NCBI GenBank assembly: GCA_963782115.1
Contig: CAWAIK010000001.1
Location: forward strand, 32,001-96,000
Direction: 5' to 3'
DNA: 64,000 nt
Source: an uncultured Verrucomicrobiae bacterium
GTDB lineage: Bacteria; Verrucomicrobiota; Verrucomicrobiia; Chthoniobacterales; JAFAMB01
Notes under the pieces: generated by a model
What the model saw: only the letters and a program-made list of their open reading frames with translations
Database searches by the model: none
What the model was told of the DNA's origin: nothing
Shown: in pieces, positions 29,398 through 39,287 of the stretch
How positions within the stretch are numbered: the first letter of the stretch is position 1
Layout: each line of letters opens with the position of its first letter
Translations under genes and position numbers: made by a program

Positions 29398-31038
29398 TTG
29401 CCGCACAGCAACAATGACTTGGAGACCTCGTCGAAATTGATGAAGCTTTGCAAAAGCTGGCACGCTTCCTTGCGACCCGCCGACGCCTTTCCCCTGCTGA
29501 TCCTTTCGATTCCTTCGCTTTATGTTTTGCTGATTTTGCCGCCCCTTTGGCGTGACTCGGACGGTTTCAATGAAATCGCTTCAACCTTTGCTCCGAAAGG
29601 CATTATCCATTGGTTGCCCGGGTATTGTCTTGGCGGCCGGTTGATTGTTTTTGCAGGCAGTATTGTCGGCAGTTTGCTGGGCGGTCACGGCATTCCATAT
29701 CTTTCGATCAGCATCACGCCGCTCAATGACACAGGAATTTATACCTTGGTCGTGGTGCAGCATCTTTTCCTGGTCCTTTCGCTGTTCTATGCCGCCAGGA
29801 CGCTCACCGATCGCTTTCGAATGAGAGTTTTATTTGCGCTGTTCTTTGCGCTCACTCCGTGGGTTTATATCTATGCGAATTGCATCGGAAGCGAGGCGTT
29901 CAGCAACCCTCTAGTTTACCTGATCGCGGCCTGCGGCTGGAATTGTCTAAGGACATCGGAACTGAATAGACGAGAGATATTTATCTACCTTGGCCTGCTT
30001 CTCGCCGCAGCGTTGACTCGTCAGGTCAATGGGGTGCTGGCCGCCGGTCTGCCGATCGCCCTGTTGCCGTTGGCTGGCCGTGAACTGATCCTTCGTGGCG
30101 GCGCCACAACTTTGGCCAACGGTGATTCTCGATTCCGTTACACTCGAAGATTTCTGATCTTTGTGGTGGTTGGCCTGTCGGCGATTGGAACCTCGCTGCT
30201 CGTGCAACAGGCGATGTGCTGGCTGTGCCGCGTGCCGTTTCGTTCCACGCTCGGTGAAACCTTTGAGTGGCGTCTGGGCTACCTGGAAAGATTGCCGGAG
30301 CAGGAAAGAACCGCGATCCTGGCCCGGATCGCTACGAAGGTGGGCGATCCGGTAGTGACAGAAGCGCTCGACGCTCTTAATCGATCGCTCAACCAAGGGG
30401 AAAATTGGGCCAACATGTTTCTGTTTTACAAGATCGATGAAATCCTCGTTCGATCCGGTTTCAACGAGATGCAGCATCGGACTTGGCAGATAGATCTGAA
30501 ACTGAACCGGGTTGCGACTTGCGTACTGCTTTCCGGCGAACCGCATTTCCTGAAGGCTGTCTGGACCGACTTCATCCGGTCGCCGTTCTTCGCGCAGACG
30601 GATCTCGCGTATCCACCGTTTATTTTGACCGATTGGCTGCAAACGCAACTGCCCTACCCAAGATACGGACGACTGAGAGGTCTCGCCTCGTTTCAACATG
30701 AAGAGGGCTATTACAATGCCGCCTGGAAACGGATGCCGTACTTCCACCTTTTCGAAGGGATTCCGATCCTGGCCATGGGTTGTCTTACCATTGTGTTCAG
30801 CGGATTGGCTTTCGTTGCGGCTTACCGGGATCCAATCCCTGCGGCGGGTGCCGCTTACGCCATGGGCCTGATCGTCGTTGGGGTCCTGGTCTCTCTTGCG
30901 AACTGCTTAACCACCTTTTTCGGGGCGCGGTTTTATTTGCCGGTCTATTCGCTTTTTCAGATGGGTTTGCTGCTTGCTGTCTCGATAGCGGGGAAGGTTC
31001 TTATGGAAAGACTGGAAAGTTCCAGAGACCCGCGCTAA
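29398..31038 (+). CDS. Multi-pass membrane protein, possibly GT-C glycosyltransferase-like
   Basis: Many TM helices, an acidic loop (WRDSDG) after TM1 and a large extracytoplasmic loop. Confidence 0.6.
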   Translation: MPHSNNDLETSSKLMKLCKSWHASLRPADAFPLLILSIPSLYVLLILPPLWRDSDGFNEIASTFAPKGIIHWLPGYCLGGRLIVFAGSIVGSLLGGHGIPYLSISITPLNDTGIYTLVVVQHLFLVLSLFYAARTLTDRFRMRVLFALFFALTPWVYIYANCIGSEAFSNPLVYLIAACGWNCLRTSELNRREIFIYLGLLLAAALTRQVNGVLAAGLPIALLPLAGRELILRGGATTLANGDSRFRYTRRFLIFVVVGLSAIGTSLLVQQAMCWLCRVPFRSTLGETFEWRLGYLERLPEQERTAILARIATKVGDPVVTEALDALNRSLNQGENWANMFLFYKIDEILVRSGFNEMQHRTWQIDLKLNRVATCVLLSGEPHFLKAVWTDFIRSPFFAQTDLAYPPFILTDWLQTQLPYPRYGRLRGLASFQHEEGYYNAAWKRMPYFHLFEGIPILAMGCLTIVFSGLAFVAAYRDPIPAAGAAYAMGLIVVGVLVSLANCLTTFFGARFYLPVYSLFQMGLLLAVSIAGKVLMERLESSRDPR

Positions 31039-31048
31039 AAGCACAGCC

Positions 31049-31753
31049 ATGTCTCGATTGCTGTCACTGTTTTGCGTCAGCCTGATTCTGGGGTCGGTCG
31101 CGATCGCCCAGGACCAGGGGGAGCACATCGTACTGACCGGCGGTCCCTCGCTGATGCAGTGGGAAAAGTATAAGCTTCAGCCACATGATAACTGGTGGAT
31201 GAATTTCGTGCGCGCCAGCCGGATTCGGATTGAACAGCTCCGGCAGCAATATGGCCCGTCAGCCCGGATTACCTGGCTGGTTTATCAGCGCGGCTACGAG
31301 CGCCGTCAAAAGCAGGAACACGAGAATCTTTTCAATATCATCAAGTCGGTCCGGGACAAATACGGGATCAACCTGATTTTTTTCAACACCAGTGAGCAGC
31401 TCTGTTACTATCTTAACTACGGAGCGAATCGCCCGCACAACAAGATCGTTTCATTCGATTATTTTGGACATTCGAATCGAGCCTGTTTCATGATCGACTA
31501 CAGCAACGAGATCGGGAGCGGCTCAAAGGTCTGGCTTCACGAAAACGAACTAAAGGACAAATTGCATCGCGGCATCTTTGCCCGGAACGCCCAAGTACAG
31601 AGCTGGGGATGCTATACCGCCGAGAGCATGTCGAAGTCGTGGTATCAGGCTACAGGAGCGAGGATGATCGGGGCGGTGGGCAAGACCCAGTATATGACGA
31701 ATGAATTGCCGGTCCTGGTGTCGGCAACAGGAAGATGGAGCACAGGATTTTAG
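31049..31753 (+). CDS. Secreted hypothetical protein with a possible His/Cys dyad
   Basis: Signal peptide; YFGHS and SWGC motifs. Confidence 0.7.
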   Translation: MSRLLSLFCVSLILGSVAIAQDQGEHIVLTGGPSLMQWEKYKLQPHDNWWMNFVRASRIRIEQLRQQYGPSARITWLVYQRGYERRQKQEHENLFNIIKSVRDKYGINLIFFNTSEQLCYYLNYGANRPHNKIVSFDYFGHSNRACFMIDYSNEIGSGSKVWLHENELKDKLHRGIFARNAQVQSWGCYTAESMSKSWYQATGARMIGAVGKTQYMTNELPVLVSATGRWSTGF

Positions 31754-31830
31754 TGAATAACGTGGTCAGCGACATCAATGGCTTTCGGTTTACCTAATCC
31801 CTCTGACTCCGCTCCCATACGCTACCTGCC

Positions 31831-32781
31831 ATGACTCTTGCTGAGCTCCAACGGATCTACGCCACGTCCTTTTTTGATTTGATCGAGCGCGCTCGCTCGA
31901 CGTTTTCGTCGCATTGGAATAGAAGCGAAGTGCAGCTCTGCACATTGCTGAGCATCAAGACCGGTGGGTGCAGCGAGGACTGTGCTTATTGCGCTCAAAG
32001 CGCTCGATATCACACGGGTGTCCGGGCCGAACGCCTGATGGATCCCGAAGATGTGCTGGATGTCGCTCGGCGCGCTCGGGAAAACGGTGCGACACGATTT
32101 TGCATGGGTGCGGCGTGGAAAGGTGTGCGCGAAGGGGATGCGAAATTCGAGCAGGTGCTCGAGATTGTACGGGCGGTGAGTCAGCTCAGAATGGAAGTCT
32201 GCGTCACACTTGGGCAGCTAAGTTTAAGTGAAGCCAGGAAGCTCAAGGAAGCAGGTGTCACAGCCTATAACCATAACATTGATACTTCGGAGGACTATTA
32301 TCCCGAAATCGTATCGACTCACAGTTATTCGGATCGGCTCAATACGATACGAGCCGTTCAACAAGCAGGTATCTCGGTCTGCTGCGGCGGAATTGTCGGA
32401 ATGGGAGAGACCGAGCTTGACCGGTTGAAGATGCTGGAGGTATTGACCAATTTACATCCGCCGCCGGAGAGCGTGCCGATAAATTGCCTGATGCCAATGC
32501 GGGGCACACCTCTCGAAGACCAACCTCCGATCGATATTTTTGAACTGGTTCGTCTGATCGCAACGACCCGGATCGCATTACCCCAGGCGAAGGTCCGTTT
32601 GTCTGCCGGGCGCACGCGGCTCTCGAAAGAGGCGCAAGCCCTCTGTTTGTTCGCAGGGGCTAATTCGATCTTTTACGGGGATAGACTTCTGACTGCGGAG
32701 AATCCCGGCATCGATCACGATCGCGAGTTGCTGAGCACGCTTGACCTCGTCGCACAACCGCCTTTTGCCGCCGGCGCTTAG
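31831..32781 (+). CDS. bioB: Biotin synthase
   Basis: CSEDCAYC radical-SAM motif, FCMGAAW, YNHNIDT and VRLSAGR. Confidence 0.97.
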   Translation: MTLAELQRIYATSFFDLIERARSTFSSHWNRSEVQLCTLLSIKTGGCSEDCAYCAQSARYHTGVRAERLMDPEDVLDVARRARENGATRFCMGAAWKGVREGDAKFEQVLEIVRAVSQLRMEVCVTLGQLSLSEARKLKEAGVTAYNHNIDTSEDYYPEIVSTHSYSDRLNTIRAVQQAGISVCCGGIVGMGETELDRLKMLEVLTNLHPPPESVPINCLMPMRGTPLEDQPPIDIFELVRLIATTRIALPQAKVRLSAGRTRLSKEAQALCLFAGANSIFYGDRLLTAENPGIDHDRELLSTLDLVAQPPFAAGA

Positions 32782-33036
32782 TTACCAGTGACTTCTTCAC
32801 GCGTCATAGGTGCCAGTTTCACTCGAGGCTGGATGTACTAAAACAAAATTTGGCGAATGGAAACTGCATCGGTCAGGAGACGATCGTCGATTTTATTTGC
32901 CCTCTCGAGCGGGGGAAGGCGATTTCGCTTCCCGGACATGGAAGAGGGTAGATGTGAACCACGACAAAATGGTAAAACTGAGCTTGCGCGATTCTGAACT
33001 AAGGGCAGTGTCCGATTCGGAAGGCAACTACTCTGT

Positions 33037-33486
33037 ATGACTCAGGACGAATTTGATGATTTGATTCAGGAGATTCGGGAAGAAGATCCTGAGCAGCTGG
33101 ATTCGGAGTTTTTTATTCGAGATAAGCCACTGAAAGAGGATAAACTGGCCAAGCTCGAGCAGAAGGCTGGATTTACCTTGCCGGAGGAATATCGAACTTT
33201 CCTGAAACGGTTCGGAGCTGGCGATATCGGTACGATTACTGTGCTCTCGCCGGATCCGGAAAGCGACTTTTCGCTTTGGAAGGGCCAGGAGCCCTTCGAA
33301 AAAGTCCGCTGGGTTCCCGTGGTCGATGACGGCAAAAGCAATTTTTACGGGTTCGTTGTCGAAAGTGGTGTCTGTTCCCGCGAGGTCTGGTTTGCGGATC
33401 AAGACCTTGGTTACGAGCTTTCCGGGACCGATTACGAGGACTTTTACCAACTCATTGCGACAGAAGCATTCGGTGTTGATACGTAG
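33037..33486 (+). CDS. SMI1/KNR4 (SUKH) family protein
   Basis: LAKLEQKAGFTLPEEYRTFL and DDGKSN motifs. Confidence 0.8.
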   Translation: MTQDEFDDLIQEIREEDPEQLDSEFFIRDKPLKEDKLAKLEQKAGFTLPEEYRTFLKRFGAGDIGTITVLSPDPESDFSLWKGQEPFEKVRWVPVVDDGKSNFYGFVVESGVCSREVWFADQDLGYELSGTDYEDFYQLIATEAFGVDT

Positions 33487-33491
33487 ATCCC

Positions 33492-35219
33492 ATGGATAAG
33501 AAAACATCGCCTCCCTTGAGAAGCCACGCCTGGTTCGGGACAATCGATAGGAGCACGTTCATTCATCGCTCATGGATGAAGAATCAAGGTCTTCCCAATC
33601 ATTTGTTGGACGGGCGTCCGGTGATCGGTATCTGTAACACCTGGTCTGAGCTGACACCCTGCAACGCGCATTTCCGGGAACTCGCCGAATACGTGAAAAA
33701 GGGCGTCTACGAAAAAGGCGGTTTCCCTGTTGAATTTCCTGTCATGTCGTTGGGAGAATCGAATCTTCGCCCGACGGCGATGTTGTTCCGCAATCTTGCC
33801 TCAATGGATGTGGAAGAGTCGATTCGCGGCAACCCGATCGACGGGGTCGTGCTCCTTTGCGGCTGCGACAAAACAACTCCTTCGTTGATGATGGGTGCAG
33901 CCAGTTGCAATTTACCGACTCTGGTCGTTTCCGGAGGTCCGATGTTGAACGGCTGTTTTAAAGGCCAGAGAATCGGTTCGGGTACCGGCGTTTGGCAGAT
34001 GTCCGAGGCGGTGCGCGCCGGAAAGATGGACATCAAAGATTTCCTCGAGGCGGAGTCCTGCATGAACCGATCGCGAGGGCACTGCATGACGATGGGAACA
34101 GCTTCCACGATGGCTTCAATGGTCGAAGCTCTTGGAATGGGGCTCCCGCACAATGCCGCGATTCCAGCCGTCGATGCGCGTCGCCAGGTGCTGGCGCACA
34201 TGGCGGGGCGACGAATCGTCGAGATGGTGTTCGAGGACCTGACCATGGACAAGATCCTCACCCGGGATGCGTTCGACAATGCGATCCGTACCAATGCCGC
34301 AATCGGAGGATCCACTAACGCGATCATCCACCTGATCGCTCTGGCCGGGCGCGTCGGAATAAACCTCAAGCTGGACGACATGGAACTGGGCGCGGATCTG
34401 CCCTGTTTGTTGAATTTGCAACCATCCGGAGAGTTCTTGATGGAGGATTTCTACTACGCGGGCGGACTTCCTGTGATATTGCGTGAACTCGGCGAAGCAG
34501 GGGCTCTAAAAAAGGATGCCCTGACAGTGAACGGGAAAACAATCTGGGAAAACGTGGAGAACTCGGAGTGCTACAACCGGCAGGTGATCCATTCGTTTTC
34601 CGACCCGTTCAAGCCACTCTCCGGGATCGTGGTCTTGCGAGGAAACCTCGCGCCGCAAGGAGCCGTGATCAAACCCTCGGCAGCCACCCCTGAATTGCTG
34701 ACACACCGGGGACGCGCAGTCGTTTTCGAGAATATCGAACAGTTGCACGAGACCATCGATGATGAAAATCTCGAGATCGACGAAACTTGCGTGATGGTGC
34801 TTAAAGGAGCCGGACCAAAAGGGTATCCGGGATTTGCCGAGGTCGGCAATATGCCATTACCTCCCAAATTATTGCGCAAAGGTATCACCGACATGGTACG
34901 CGTCTCGGACGGCCGGATGAGCGGCACCGCGTTTGGCACGGTCGTTCTCCATGTTGCCCCGGAAGCGGCTGCTGGCGGGCCGCTCGCGCTGGTCAGGAGC
35001 GGAGATATGATTGAACTCAATGTCCCGAAACGAAGACTTCATCTGGAAGTGTCAGATGAAGAACTTGGGCGGCGCAAGGCCGAGTGGATACCGCCTGAAG
35101 CGCCTCCGCGCGGATGGTACAGGTTGTTTTTCGATCACGTCCTGCAGGCGGATCAAGGAGTTGATTTCGATTTTCTGGTCGGAAAAAGCGGAGCAGAAAT
35201 CCCGAGGCATTCGCATTGA
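33492..35219 (+). CDS. IlvD/Edd-family sugar-acid dehydratase (L-arabinonate dehydratase-like)
   Basis: NTWSELTPCNAH, GCDKTTP, HCMTMGTAST, SDGRMSGT and the RHSH C-terminus. Confidence 0.93.
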   Translation: MDKKTSPPLRSHAWFGTIDRSTFIHRSWMKNQGLPNHLLDGRPVIGICNTWSELTPCNAHFRELAEYVKKGVYEKGGFPVEFPVMSLGESNLRPTAMLFRNLASMDVEESIRGNPIDGVVLLCGCDKTTPSLMMGAASCNLPTLVVSGGPMLNGCFKGQRIGSGTGVWQMSEAVRAGKMDIKDFLEAESCMNRSRGHCMTMGTASTMASMVEALGMGLPHNAAIPAVDARRQVLAHMAGRRIVEMVFEDLTMDKILTRDAFDNAIRTNAAIGGSTNAIIHLIALAGRVGINLKLDDMELGADLPCLLNLQPSGEFLMEDFYYAGGLPVILRELGEAGALKKDALTVNGKTIWENVENSECYNRQVIHSFSDPFKPLSGIVVLRGNLAPQGAVIKPSAATPELLTHRGRAVVFENIEQLHETIDDENLEIDETCVMVLKGAGPKGYPGFAEVGNMPLPPKLLRKGITDMVRVSDGRMSGTAFGTVVLHVAPEAAAGGPLALVRSGDMIELNVPKRRLHLEVSDEELGRRKAEWIPPEAPPRGWYRLFFDHVLQADQGVDFDFLVGKSGAEIPRHSH

Positions 35220-35311
35220 GTCAGAATTCAGAATTCAGGAGACAGAGTTGCAGAATGGACGGTTGGATCGCTCGTCTGTCTCCAGGCCTACTGACTACTG
35301 ACCACTGACTC

Positions 35312-36121
35312 TCACCGCCGCGTTCGCCGTTCCCTTTTAATCATCTCCGCCAGCTCGGTGGCATTTTTTTCCAGGAGCTTTCGCGTCGCTCGCCGGGCTG
35401 ATTCTGGATCTCGCCGCGAGATTGCTTCAGCGATCTGCCTGTGCCCTTTCAGGTTCCGGCTAGCCGGTTTACCTGCGCGCACCGAGATCTCAAAGTTCGT
35501 CCTCAACAAAAGCGAAAACGCCGGGACAAGAGCGCCTAGAAGCCGGTTATGAGCGGCTTCGAAAAGCAGCTCGTGGAATTCGACGTCCGCCTCAATCGCC
35601 TTCTGCATCTCGTCCGGGAGTTTCTCCATCCGATCATATGCTTCGAAGATTCGTAGCGTTTCCATGGCTGACGCGTGGGTCGCCGCGAGAGCTGCGGCCG
35701 TCGGTTCGATGATGGAACGCAGTTCGGACAACTCGTCCAGCAGATTGTCTCTGTTCACCGGTGCCGATAACATCCAGTTCAGCACGTCATGGTCGAGCAG
35801 TTTCCAGCAGAATTCCGGGCGGACAATCGTGCCGGCCCTCCTTTCAGTTCGCACAAAACCCTTCGCCGCAAGAATTTTGACCGCCTCTCGAACCGCATTT
35901 CGGCCGGCTCCGAAACGATGGGCGATTTCTGGTTCGGTCGGCAAAGTCTCATCCGGTTTCCAGACGCCGCTGGCGATATCGCGCCCCAAGGCGGAGACCA
36001 GCCCGTCGACGACGCTGACGGAGCGGGTCGACTCGCGGTGCCTGGTCTTCGTACGAGGGTGTGCGGATTGGTCAGGGTTCGCCATTGCCTGAATTTCCTC
36101 CAGCGAATTGCGATGCAACAT
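35312..36121 (-). CDS. GntR/FadR-family regulator (start possibly near 36085)
   Basis: LPTEPEIAHRFGAGRNAVREAVK winged HTH plus an FCD domain (DVEFH, HNRLL). Confidence 0.92.
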   Translation of the reverse strand: MLHRNSLEEIQAMANPDQSAHPRTKTRHRESTRSVSVVDGLVSALGRDIASGVWKPDETLPTEPEIAHRFGAGRNAVREAVKILAAKGFVRTERRAGTIVRPEFCWKLLDHDVLNWMLSAPVNRDNLLDELSELRSIIEPTAAALAATHASAMETLRIFEAYDRMEKLPDEMQKAIEADVEFHELLFEAAHNRLLGALVPAFSLLLRTNFEISVRAGKPASRNLKGHRQIAEAISRRDPESARRATRKLLEKNATELAEMIKRERRTRR

Positions 36122-36180
36122 CCTTCATCCCAAGTAAAGCAGAAAGATGTTCAGACCGCTTGAGAATCGCATATTTCCGG

Positions 36181-37011
36181 CTATTTAATTCCCGCTGCCG
36201 CCATCACCCCTTGCGTCACTCGCTTTTGGAAGATGAGGTAGGCGGCTGCTGTTGGGATCGAGGCCAAAACGGCGATGGCCGAGGTTTTGGCAAAGGCAAC
36301 GCCATAGGCTGATTGGACCTGGGTCATCCCGACGGGAATCGTGAGCATCGGAGTCGAGTTCGTAACGATAAACGGCCAGAAGAAGTTATTCCAAGCACCG
36401 ATGAAAGTAACAATGGCCATCGCCCAAATAATGCTCCAATTAAGCGGGATATAAATATTGAATAGAATTCTGAAATCGCCCGCTCCGTCAATCACCGCGG
36501 CGTTACGGAAATCGATGGGGACTTGGTCGAAGAATCGCTTGAAAACTATAACCGATAGGGGCGTAGCGATCTGGGGTAGAATTATTCCCGCGTAAGTATT
36601 CACCAAATGTAATTTGTTCATCAACATAAACAGAGGGATCGCCATGGCGCCAAACGGAAGCATGAATCCTACCATAAGGGCTAAATTAATGGCCCCTTTG
36701 CCTTTAAAATCGAGAAGGGAAAGAGCATAGGCGCACATTAAGGCACAGGAAATAGAAAAAAATGTAATCACCGCCGAGACCAGGACGGTGTTCAGATACC
36801 AGCGAAAGATCGGGCTGTTTTGAATCACGTAAATGAAGGCCCCAAAATCCGGCGGAAATGGTACGAAAGAAGGAGGAAGCGCGATGGTATCTGTTTCGCT
36901 TTTAAAGGCGGTGGCGACGATCCAGTACACGGGAAACAGCCATGTCAAGGCCATAATCACCGTCAGTCCGGTGCAAACCAACGCTAATGTCGATGGACGT
37001 TTCTTTTTCAT
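36181..37011 (-). CDS. Carbohydrate ABC transporter permease (MalG-type)
   Basis: AAVIDGA EAA-like loop and WNNFFWP. Confidence 0.92.
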   Translation of the reverse strand: MKKKRPSTLALVCTGLTVIMALTWLFPVYWIVATAFKSETDTIALPPSFVPFPPDFGAFIYVIQNSPIFRWYLNTVLVSAVITFFSISCALMCAYALSLLDFKGKGAINLALMVGFMLPFGAMAIPLFMLMNKLHLVNTYAGIILPQIATPLSVIVFKRFFDQVPIDFRNAAVIDGAGDFRILFNIYIPLNWSIIWAMAIVTFIGAWNNFFWPFIVTNSTPMLTIPVGMTQVQSAYGVAFAKTSAIAVLASIPTAAAYLIFQKRVTQGVMAAAGIK

Positions 37012-37895
37012 TTTGAACGTCTCCCCTGAAGGAGTCGGAATTGAATTGCCGATATCAATAACATGATCACCACCAACGCGATCGCCACCGCGGAAGCATA
37101 GCCGCCTCGATTCAGCTGAAATGCCTGGCCATACATGTAGAGGAGGACAACCATGGTGGAGTTATATGGTCCCCCTTGTGTAAGGAGATACACCTGATCA
37201 AAAATCTTGAATTGCGCGATGAGTTGCAGGACCAATACTAAGCTTGTTACCGGCCAGATCAGCGGACAGGTAATACTAATAAATTGCTGGAAAGCATTTG
37301 CTCCATCAATCGCCGCGGCTTCATAAACATCGGGTGAAATATTTTGGAGCCCTGCAATAAAGAGGAGCATGTTAAACCCGACGGTCCACCAGATAGTTAC
37401 CGCTGCTACGGCCGGCATGGCCCACACCGGATCCTGAAACCAGGCGATCGAACTGCCAACCAGGTAGTTAATAATTCCGAAATTTGTATCTAGAATCCAC
37501 AGTGAGGCTGTGGTCACTACGCTGACCGGCAGGACGAACGGCAAAAAAAAAGCCGAGAGAACAGGCAATCGCAATCGTTTCAAACGGACCACTAATAGAG
37601 CTAAAAAAAAACCGACCGCTGTATTCGGCACCACGGTCAAAAAAATGAAGTATAAGGTATGCCAGACCGAAGCCCAAAAACCCTGGTCATGCATTAACTC
37701 GGCAAAATTTTGCAGTCCGACAAAACTTCCTTGGCCCGCGATATCCGAATTGGTCAGGCTCAAATAGCAAACCTGGATGGCGGGATAAATCAGAAACGCG
37801 CCATAGAAAAGGAGAAATGGGGCAACGAAAACCCAAGCGATGGGCCGGCGTTTTCGGGGCTTCGTTCGCCGGTCATTTTGCTGAGCTTTTGTCAT
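37008..37895 (-). CDS. Carbohydrate ABC transporter permease (MalF-type)
   Basis: FVGLQNF, YEAAAIDGA and LTQGGP motifs; ATG 37895 preferred. Confidence 0.92.
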   Translation of the reverse strand: MTKAQQNDRRTKPRKRRPIAWVFVAPFLLFYGAFLIYPAIQVCYLSLTNSDIAGQGSFVGLQNFAELMHDQGFWASVWHTLYFIFLTVVPNTAVGFFLALLVVRLKRLRLPVLSAFFLPFVLPVSVVTTASLWILDTNFGIINYLVGSSIAWFQDPVWAMPAVAAVTIWWTVGFNMLLFIAGLQNISPDVYEAAAIDGANAFQQFISITCPLIWPVTSLVLVLQLIAQFKIFDQVYLLTQGGPYNSTMVVLLYMYGQAFQLNRGGYASAVAIALVVIMLLISAIQFRLLQGRRSK

Positions 37896-37923
37896 CGCAG
37901 AAAAACCACCCTCCTGGGTTGGC

Positions 37924-39240
37924 CTACTGCTGTTGCTTAGCAAAGTATTGCAATTCGTTGGTGAATTGACCGAATCCTTTGTCGACAGGCAATTGCCCGT
38001 TGATGGCTGGAATCAGGAAATTGCTAATCGCGGTAAAACTCGGGCTGCCCACGCCAAATATTGGTATACCGGGCTCAAATACGACATTTTTTGCCGCGCC
38101 GGCGCTATATTGGTTATTCGGAGACATCTCCTTGTAGGCAGCACTCTCTTGAACGGGGAGGTAAGCTGGTATGTGACCGCCGCCTGCCCACGTCACTTGT
38201 TTCACCACGTAGGCGATAAATTTCAGCGCTGCCGCGACCTTTTCCGGTGACGCCGGCGTTTTCTGATTGTTTGGGATCGCTAATTGGTGGGAATCGGCCC
38301 AGGTATCCTGGTTATCGAAGAGCTTCGGAAACGGAAGGATGCCGTATTCGAAGGTAAGCTTATTTTGCTTTTGCAGATCGACAAGGGTTGGCACTTCCCA
38401 GTTGCCGTTGATCATGAAAACACCGCGACCTGCGGTGAACAGTGCCACCATCGAAGGATAGGTCGTATTCTTCGGAATCAGTCCATCCTTGGCCCAGTCT
38501 GCCAAAATCTGAAGTGCTTTAAGCCCCGGAGTCGCGACGCTATCGAAGGACAATTGACCCTCTTTCATGAAATCGCCGTTCTGCTGTTTGAAAAATGTGT
38601 ACCAGACACGCCAACAGGATGCGGGGTCCGCTGAGGTTGTCCCGGACCATGCTACGGGAATCAAGTGGGTTTTGGCCTTAACTGCGGCTAACATCTTTGT
38701 AAATGACTCGATGTTGTCGAGGCCGCTCGGTTTTCCATCGGCATCGAGCAGGCCGGCCTTCTGCAGCGCGGTCTTATTGTAGTATAAGACGATGGTGTGA
38801 ATATCGAGTGGGACGCCGAACAGTTGGTCTGTCTTTCCGTATGTCTTACTAAGCTCCAGGGACCTTTCTATCAGCGACTTTTGGAAGTCTGAGGCCTTGA
38901 GACCTGCCTGGGCAAGTTCTTCCGTGGCGATCGGTCTCAGGTCTTTATTGGCAATTCCGGCAGAAAAGTGTGAGAGGTGATAGGTCATGACGTCGGGGGT
39001 CTCACCGGAAACGACCGCCGTATGAACCTTGGTATAGAATGGCTCGCCCCACGTGAGAGTCGACTCGTTGATGTGAATCTCGCTTTGGCCCTTGTTAAAT
39101 TCTTCCACGATTTGTTTCATTCGCACGCCATCGCCGCCGCCGAGAAAGTCCCAATAGGTAAGTTGGGTTGACGCGGCTTGTGCGACCGCAGATAAGAAAC
39201 ACGCTGCAAGACAGGAGATGGTTGTTTTCATGGGGGACAT
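37924..39240 (-). CDS. Sugar ABC transporter solute-binding protein
   Basis: Signal peptide, WDFLGGGDG, PLDIH..VLYYNK and WADSHQ. Confidence 0.9.
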   Translation of the reverse strand: MSPMKTTISCLAACFLSAVAQAASTQLTYWDFLGGGDGVRMKQIVEEFNKGQSEIHINESTLTWGEPFYTKVHTAVVSGETPDVMTYHLSHFSAGIANKDLRPIATEELAQAGLKASDFQKSLIERSLELSKTYGKTDQLFGVPLDIHTIVLYYNKTALQKAGLLDADGKPSGLDNIESFTKMLAAVKAKTHLIPVAWSGTTSADPASCWRVWYTFFKQQNGDFMKEGQLSFDSVATPGLKALQILADWAKDGLIPKNTTYPSMVALFTAGRGVFMINGNWEVPTLVDLQKQNKLTFEYGILPFPKLFDNQDTWADSHQLAIPNNQKTPASPEKVAAALKFIAYVVKQVTWAGGGHIPAYLPVQESAAYKEMSPNNQYSAGAAKNVVFEPGIPIFGVGSPSFTAISNFLIPAINGQLPVDKGFGQFTNELQYFAKQQQ

Positions 39241-39287
39241 TTTGTTTTGGTATAGGAAGAATGGAGCGAACGATCAAGGCATTTCAC

